A DNA stretch of 64,000 nucleotides from an uncultured Collinsella sp. (GTDB taxonomy: Bacteria > Actinomycetota > Coriobacteriia > Coriobacteriales > Coriobacteriaceae). Location of the stretch: the NCBI GenBank assembly GCA_902479065.1, contig CABSNM010000004.1:41562-105561 (forward strand). The letters run 5' to 3'. The position numbers were made by a program, and so were the translations under genes. Under the pieces are notes generated by a model. It was not told the origin of the DNA and did not search any database. It was given only the letters and a program-made list of their open reading frames with translations. Below, piece after piece: positions 58,199 through 64,000 of the stretch (within the stretch, counting starts at the first letter, position 1; every line of letters starts with the position of its first letter).

Positions 58199-58310
58199 CG
58201 CTGCGCGGGCTCCGGACACGGCAATCTGACGTTCAACTTCACGGGCGCGACCAAAAGGTCAGCGCCCGCTTGTTTCACGTCACCTTACCGCACCCGGAGA
58301 CCGCTCGCTC
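58199..58310. repeat. Structured ~110-nt repeat, copy 2
   Basis: Homolog of 47240-47350 with compensatory stem changes. Confidence 0.82.
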
Positions 58311-58340
58311 GCATATGCTCAACCTGCACTGCGTTAACTG

Positions 58341-58389
58341 ACCCGCCAATAAGGGACAGGTTTATTTTGGCAGGTTTTATCTGGGGAAA
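58341..58389. repeat. 49-bp type c GGGACAG unit (left direct repeat)
   Basis: 46/49 identical to 60430-60478. Confidence 0.88.
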
Positions 58390-58461
58390 TATCGCGAGGC
58401 AGTCGCCCCCCCTAGCACCCATCTCACTTCGAGAGACACAAGAGGGGCGACTCGGCTGCAT

Positions 58462-60162
58462 CTACTTCTTCCGATAGCGGCGGTTGCGGCTCGTCGATGA
58501 ACCCATTACTTCGATGAGTCCTTTATCCGCCATTTTTGGCAGATGGTAGCGGACGGACGAAATTTTGACCCCCGATGCAACCGCTATTTCTCGCGCCGTC
58601 ATATCCACTTCGGCTCTGAGAGCCTCCAGGATCCTATCCGCTGTCGAAGCTGACGATTCTCTGCTCATATCGATAATCTCAAACGTGTCTTTGCCACATT
58701 TTGACAGGACATGTTTATCGACAAGATTCCCGCAGATCAGGCGAATGTCATCCGAATCCCACTTCAGGGCCTCTCGTATTTTTTGAACATCGCATACGCA
58801 CCCATGCTCCCGCATAAACATGAGCAATGTTTCCTCGCGATCCGTCAGCTCGGTGCCCACATGGCTCTGAATCCACGTGCGGTTTTCAGCAAGCTCCGCC
58901 CCGTGCCGGGAAAGCAGCACCGTAAACGAATCGGCCTTAACGATAAATTTCGGCCTTCCAAGCGAACGAGACTCCATCTCGCGAATCATAGCCGGGATAC
59001 CAGATCCCTGGCTTTCTGCAACGGGCCCCTCGGCATGCTCTAACGGCGTCGCCCCCATTAGGCTCATGAGCTTTGGGTTTCGGCAGCGCGATTCCCCGTC
59101 TGCAAGATTGTCCACCGTCTTTCCGCCCCAAAGCCCACCGGGGTTTTTGATCTCTATTCTGTCTGGATAGATATCGACACTCACGGCCTGCCCCACAAAC
59201 ATGGGCGAATATTCTCGATGGATGCAGGCGTTTGCCAAGGCCTCGCGCAAAACCTCCTGGGGAACTTCCCAATCCTCCCTTCTGCCAGCGCCTTGCACTA
59301 TCGCCGCTTTGCGCAAGTTCCGTCCAATCGCGACAAGGGCATCTTCGATGCAAGCCGGAATCGGGCCATCGCACAACTGGCGGTCAATAAACCGGGGTTG
59401 CCCGGGTGCAGATTTTTCCACATCGGAATGAACGGCGACATCAATCATGAGTTTGGGATAGAACTGCTGGGGGTAAATTCCCGCCGACAGAAGCCCTGCG
59501 AGCTTCACCGCACCATCCTTTGTAGTGATATTGAGTCTGACCAGCTGCTTTTCCAGCGTATCGGCCCCGCGCAAAACGCGGGGGGTCTGCAGCCGGCGAT
59601 TTGCGATAATAGACCGCACGACATCTGGATCCAAATCCTCGACTGTTGCCTCCGAAACCACCGTGCCGTCTGCATCGCTCGGAAGCAACGCACTCTGCAG
59701 CTCATATAGCTCAGCGGGTGACATCTTGATATCTTTATCATCCACGCGCTTGTAGCTACCGTTCTGCACGCCGCGCGCGCCGATATAGCAAGGCTTCGCT
59801 TTAAGCTCAAGTTCAAAGATGCGCACCAGAAGCACCTGGAGCCCGTCGACCTCGCCTCGATCAAGCTCGTACTGTGGCGCATGGGTCACCACTGCCGCTG
59901 AGCCTCCGTCTCCGATACCCGAAACAAACTGATCGCGCACCCTATCGATAGCAAAGTTAGCCGAAGGAACAAATCCTTCGGCTTCGTTTAGGCCCAAAAT
60001 AATGAGCCCACCCGCAGTGTTCGCAAAAGCGCTCACTGTCTCCCATACGTCTGCGCTCAATTTATTCGTGCAGGCTTTAACTTCTACCGATGCGTCATCA
60101 GTCCCCCGCCTGCGAAGGCGCTCAACGATAAGGCCAAGAGGTTCATCCAGCAGCATTGGCAT
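58462..60162 (-). CDS. AlbA_2 (Schlafen-like) + HATPase_c_4 + winged-HTH protein
   Basis: VEVKAC...SAFANTAGGLIILG; REALANACIHREY, IEIKNPGGL, RNPKL, GSGI; C-terminal HTHs. Confidence 0.82.
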   Translation of the reverse strand: MPMLLDEPLGLIVERLRRRGTDDASVEVKACTNKLSADVWETVSAFANTAGGLIILGLNEAEGFVPSANFAIDRVRDQFVSGIGDGGSAAVVTHAPQYELDRGEVDGLQVLLVRIFELELKAKPCYIGARGVQNGSYKRVDDKDIKMSPAELYELQSALLPSDADGTVVSEATVEDLDPDVVRSIIANRRLQTPRVLRGADTLEKQLVRLNITTKDGAVKLAGLLSAGIYPQQFYPKLMIDVAVHSDVEKSAPGQPRFIDRQLCDGPIPACIEDALVAIGRNLRKAAIVQGAGRREDWEVPQEVLREALANACIHREYSPMFVGQAVSVDIYPDRIEIKNPGGLWGGKTVDNLADGESRCRNPKLMSLMGATPLEHAEGPVAESQGSGIPAMIREMESRSLGRPKFIVKADSFTVLLSRHGAELAENRTWIQSHVGTELTDREETLLMFMREHGCVCDVQKIREALKWDSDDIRLICGNLVDKHVLSKCGKDTFEIIDMSRESSASTADRILEALRAEVDMTAREIAVASGVKISSVRYHLPKMADKGLIEVMGSSTSRNRRYRKK

Positions 60163-60166
60163 TCCG

Positions 60167-60356
60167 TCTCTCTAAAACGATAGTTTTATCTCTCTAAAGT
60201 ATAGTATATCTCTCTAACTTTAGAGAGATAAGCACCTTATTTTAGAGAGACACTTAGAGAGATGTATCGAATTCACTGTTAGATAGCCCAATGTTATCTC
60301 TTTAACTGGCTTTCTCTTTAGAGAGACAATTAGAGAGACGAGCGCGACCTCTCTAA
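60167..60356. repeat. Cluster of TCTCTCTAA/TTAGAGAGA 9-mers
   Basis: 8 perfect copies and about 3 variants in 190 bp. Confidence 0.88.
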
Positions 60357-60429
60357 TCAAGGGCACCACTCTTTAAGGTGCACACTCCCTAACCGTGCCC
60401 TAAGTTGCGGTGAAATAGTCCCCCGATTA

Positions 60430-60478
60430 ACCTGCCAAAAAGGGACAGGTTTATTTTGGCGGGTTTTATCTGGGGAAA
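60430..60478. repeat. 49-bp type c GGGACAG unit (right direct repeat)
   Basis: 46/49 identical to 58341-58389. Confidence 0.88.
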
Positions 60479-60633
60479 CGCAAAATAGCCCCACATACAC
60501 AACCACCGCAGCTCCATATGAGGCAAATGAATCAGTAGCGTCTATCCCAAATCTTGAGTATTTGTTCGACAGAACGGCCCCTGCCGGCTCCTGCTAGACT
60601 GGTAGATTCCCAACCGTCCATCCAGGAGCCGCA

Positions 60634-61617
60634 ATGTCGCGCAAGTCCGCCTACAAGCAAGTACTTTCCATCGGCGCCGCCGTGGTGCTGGGGTTTGCGC
60701 TGTTCACAGGGTCGCTCGACGGAGCGCCCAAGTTGTTGTCGCCGCAAAGTGATGAACAGGCGGCAGCTCTGGCCGAAAAACAAAACGAAAGTCCCAGCCG
60801 CACCGACGACGAGGCGGACCTGGTCGATCGGCTCGAATCAGGAACGGCGAGCTCCCCGGACCCTCAAAACAGCCAGGACTCTGGCGATGGCTCCGATTCC
60901 GCCACAACCGACACCGGCGACGGCGCTTCCGCGGACAGCGCCGCCACCCCCATCGACGAGGTCGAAAACCCCGACCTCAACCGCGCCCGCGGTGTTTATC
61001 TCAGCAGCATTCCCGACTACGCCGGCAACCCCTACGTTGCCCTGCGCGCCGACAGCACGCACCCGCTCGGCACACCATCATTCACGCTCGATGAATACGA
61101 GCGCGCTACAGAAGAGGGTTGCTTTAAGAAGTTCTCCAAGCTTGACAGCCTGGGCCGCACCCGCAAAGCGCTCGCCTGCGTGGGCCCCGAATCACTCGGT
61201 CAAGGCGAGCGCGGCGATATCTCGCGTATCCATCCCGCTGGATGGTGCCAGCAGCGCTACGACTTTATTCCGGGCCAGAGCCTCTACAACCGCTGCCATC
61301 TCATCGCCTGGTCGCTCTGCGGCGAAAACGCCAACCGCAAGAATCTCCTCACCGGCACGCGTTATCTCAACGAGACAGGCATGCTGCCGTTTGAGGAGCA
61401 GATTCTCGGCTACATCCGCGAGACGGGCAACCACGTGCTCTATCGCGTCACACCCATGTATAACGAAGAGGAACTTGTCTGCCGCGGCGTGCGCCTTGAG
61501 GCGCAATCGGTCGAGGACCACGGCAAGACCCTCTGCTTCCACGTGTACTGCTACAACCTGCAGCCGCACGTGCAGATCGACTACGCCACCGGCCGCAACC
61601 AGGCATCCGGAGACTAG
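60634..61617 (+). CDS. Exported or membrane-anchored DNA/RNA non-specific endonuclease (EndA-like)
   Basis: N-terminal hydrophobic segment, LDSLGR, YNRCHLIA, NLLTGTRYLN, YRVTP. Confidence 0.88.
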   Translation: MSRKSAYKQVLSIGAAVVLGFALFTGSLDGAPKLLSPQSDEQAAALAEKQNESPSRTDDEADLVDRLESGTASSPDPQNSQDSGDGSDSATTDTGDGASADSAATPIDEVENPDLNRARGVYLSSIPDYAGNPYVALRADSTHPLGTPSFTLDEYERATEEGCFKKFSKLDSLGRTRKALACVGPESLGQGERGDISRIHPAGWCQQRYDFIPGQSLYNRCHLIAWSLCGENANRKNLLTGTRYLNETGMLPFEEQILGYIRETGNHVLYRVTPMYNEEELVCRGVRLEAQSVEDHGKTLCFHVYCYNLQPHVQIDYATGRNQASGD

Positions 61618-61678
61618 TGCCGACCGCACCGCCCGTAACCCAAAAATGATTCGTTTTCCTCCGTCCCCATGGGATCAA

Positions 61679-61713
61679 AAAAGGCCGCCCTGGATTACCC
61701 AGGGCGGCCTTTT
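61679..61713. terminator. Bidirectional intrinsic terminator
   Basis: AAAAGGCCGCCCTG / CAGGGCGGCCTTTT between convergent genes. Confidence 0.82.
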
Positions 61714-61746
61714 CGTCAGCGTCCACATTGCAGGCAAAACCACACG

Positions 61747-63822
61747 CTACTTGGCGCGGCCCTCCTCATAGCGCTCGACCAGCTTGGCCTGAACATCGTA
61801 GGGAACCTGCTCGTAGCCAGCGGGCTTCATGGTAAAGTCACCCGTGCCGCGCGTGATAGAGCGCAGGCGCGTCGAATAATCCGTCAGCTCTGCCAGCGGC
61901 GCCTGGGCAATGACCACGGTGTCGCCGCGCTCATCGGTCTCCATGCCCGTCACGCGACCGCGCGATGCCGAGATGTCGCCCATCACGGCGCCGGCGTAGC
62001 TCTCGGGGATAGTCACCGTGATTTCCTCGATGGGCTCCAACACCACCGGGTCGGCATCGGCGCATGCCTTGCGCAGGCCGATGCGAGCCGCCGCGCGGAA
62101 CGCCATCTCGTTGGAGTCGACGCTGTGATACGAGCCGTCGTACACAGCAACGCGAATGCCCGTGAGCGGATAGCCGGCAATGATGCCGTCCTTCATGGTC
62201 TCCTGGACGCCCTTGTCCACGGCGGGGATCAGCGAGCGCGGAATGCGGCCGCCCACGACCTCGTCCACAAACTCATAGCCGTCGCTCGTGCCGTCGGGCC
62301 CAATGAGCGGCTCCACGCGCAGCCAGCAGTCGCCGTACTGACCGGCGCCGCCGGTCTGCTTCTTATGGCGGCCCTGGGCACTTGCCGTACGGCGAATGGT
62401 CTCGCGATACGGAATGCGGATCGGCACGCTCTTGGCCACGACTTTGGTGCGATCCTCCAAACGGTTGAGCAGCACCGAAACCTGCGCCTCACCCACCGCC
62501 GAAATGATGGTCTGGCCAGTCTCCTCGTCACGATCGATGCTCATGGTCGGATCAGCCTTGCACGCCTTCTCGATAAACGTATAGAGCTTCTCTTCGTCGC
62601 CACGGTTCTCGGCCTCGATGGCAATGCGGTACTGCGAGTTGGGGAACTTAAACGCCGCCGCCTCGACCTTACCGGTAATGGAGAGTGTGTCACCCGTCTC
62701 GGCAGCCAGCTTGGGCGCCACGATGATGTCACCGGCATAGGCGTGACCGACCTCGGTCATGTCACGGCCGCACATCACATACAGGTGGGCCAGACGATCG
62801 CTCTTGCGGGTACGCGCGTTGATCAGCTCAAGACCCGGCTCAAGCGTACCCGTCAGCACCTTGATAAAGCTGATGCGACCCTGCTGCGGATCGGCCAACG
62901 TCTTAAACACAAAGGCCACCGGACGATCATCGTCGCTCGAAATCTTGAGCGAATCGCCGTCGATGAGCGGCATCTCGCCGTAGTCCGTCGGCGCCGGGAA
63001 GTATGTGGCAATGTCGTCCATCAGCGAGTTGACGCCCTGCTCCTTAATGCAATCGCCCGCAAAGACCGGCACAAAGATGCGCTCGGCAATCGCCTTCGAC
63101 AGCAGGCCTTCAAGCTCCTCCTGCGTCAGCGTCTCCTCGCCTTCCAAGTACTTCATCATCAGTTCGTCGTCAGCCTCGGCCACCAGCTCGCACAGATGGT
63201 CATGGGCTTCCTCGGCCTGGGCACGATACTCCTCGGGAATCTCCGACTCAACGGCTTCGGTGCCGTTGCAATGGCGCGCCTTCATGCGCACCAGGTCGAT
63301 GATGCCGTCAAAGTCCTCGCCCTCGCCCCAGGGAAGGGTCACGGCGCCCAGGCGCGTGCCAAAGCGCTCTTGCAGCAGATCCATCGTGGTCGCAAAGCTG
63401 GCCTCGGAGCGCGACAGGCGGTTTACGAACACCGCACGCGCCAGGCGCAGGTCCTCGGCGGCATACCAGAGCTTAACCGTCGTAGGCTGCGGGCCGGCCT
63501 CGGCGTCGACCACAAACAGAGCCGTCTCGCAGACGCTCATCGCGGCAAAGGCGTCGCCGATAAAATCGGGGTAGCACGGGGCATCGAGCACATTGATGCG
63601 CGCGCCCTTCCAGTCGATCGGCGCGATGGTCGTCGAGATGGAGAATGAACGCTTGACCTCTTCAGGGTCATAGTCGAGCGTGGGCTTGGTGCCGTCGTGG
63701 CCGCCCAGGCGGGCGGTCTTGCCGGAAAGGTGGAGCATGGCCTCGGCGAGTGAAGTCTTGCCCACCCCGCCTTGGCCTACGAGCACCACGTTCCTTACGT
63801 TACCGGTCTTGGGAGCACCCAT
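61747..63822 (-). CDS. Elongation factor G paralog (EF-G2-like)
   Basis: GQGGVGKT, PYRETI, HKKQTGGAGQYG, DGSYHSVDSNEMAF; AAGGAGG RBS before ATG 63822. Confidence 0.9.
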   Translation of the reverse strand: MGAPKTGNVRNVVLVGQGGVGKTSLAEAMLHLSGKTARLGGHDGTKPTLDYDPEEVKRSFSISTTIAPIDWKGARINVLDAPCYPDFIGDAFAAMSVCETALFVVDAEAGPQPTTVKLWYAAEDLRLARAVFVNRLSRSEASFATTMDLLQERFGTRLGAVTLPWGEGEDFDGIIDLVRMKARHCNGTEAVESEIPEEYRAQAEEAHDHLCELVAEADDELMMKYLEGEETLTQEELEGLLSKAIAERIFVPVFAGDCIKEQGVNSLMDDIATYFPAPTDYGEMPLIDGDSLKISSDDDRPVAFVFKTLADPQQGRISFIKVLTGTLEPGLELINARTRKSDRLAHLYVMCGRDMTEVGHAYAGDIIVAPKLAAETGDTLSITGKVEAAAFKFPNSQYRIAIEAENRGDEEKLYTFIEKACKADPTMSIDRDEETGQTIISAVGEAQVSVLLNRLEDRTKVVAKSVPIRIPYRETIRRTASAQGRHKKQTGGAGQYGDCWLRVEPLIGPDGTSDGYEFVDEVVGGRIPRSLIPAVDKGVQETMKDGIIAGYPLTGIRVAVYDGSYHSVDSNEMAFRAAARIGLRKACADADPVVLEPIEEITVTIPESYAGAVMGDISASRGRVTGMETDERGDTVVIAQAPLAELTDYSTRLRSITRGTGDFTMKPAGYEQVPYDVQAKLVERYEEGRAK

Positions 63823-64000
63823 GATGACCTCCTTGCAGGGCCGCGCGCAATGCGCGACGCCAACGGGGAGAGTTCGCGGTCGGTGCCATCCCGGGAGCAG
63901 CATGGTCGGCAGCCGAGCCGACTCACCCTCCAAATGTCCTATGCCACCACCCTACCCTCACGGGCGGCCGTCCATGCATACCTTTCGGCGCACGTATGAA

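Noticed and set aside
61669..63648. 659-aa plus-strand ORF
   Set aside because: Antisense shadow of the EF-G paralog

Overview
GC-rich chromosomal window from an actinobacterium, most likely Coriobacteriia (Collinsella-like). This is inferred from gene content and style, not from a database match. It holds about 45 CDSs: a LysR-SDR-MFS-Gfo/Idh/MocA cluster, tex, a transaldolase, rlmKL, kup with a kdpDE-like pair, an LTA-synthase-family gene, ABC exporter genes at three loci, a tadA-glycerate kinase fusion, ilvE, cysE, glmS, a larE-like gene and an EF-G paralog. It also holds two LANTG-anchored surface proteins, SRP RNA, tRNA-Ser(TGA) and one complete IS3-family element. There is no CRISPR-Cas, prophage or rRNA. 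The most unusual content is non-coding. (1) Three arrays of a 14-bp motif, GGAAA-N5-TCCC, in strictly alternating orientation with a ~62-bp period and variable spacers. (2) A 130-nt rod-like hairpin in two inverted copies with a conserved core but different self-complementary arms; these copies and two of the arrays bracket a 1374-aa surface-protein gene. (3) Several other dispersed palindromic families showing compensatory changes. (4) An AlbA_2/Schlafen-HATPase-HTH gene flanked by 49-bp direct repeats, with a dense TCTCTCTAA cluster upstream. All protein calls rest on motif recognition by eye.
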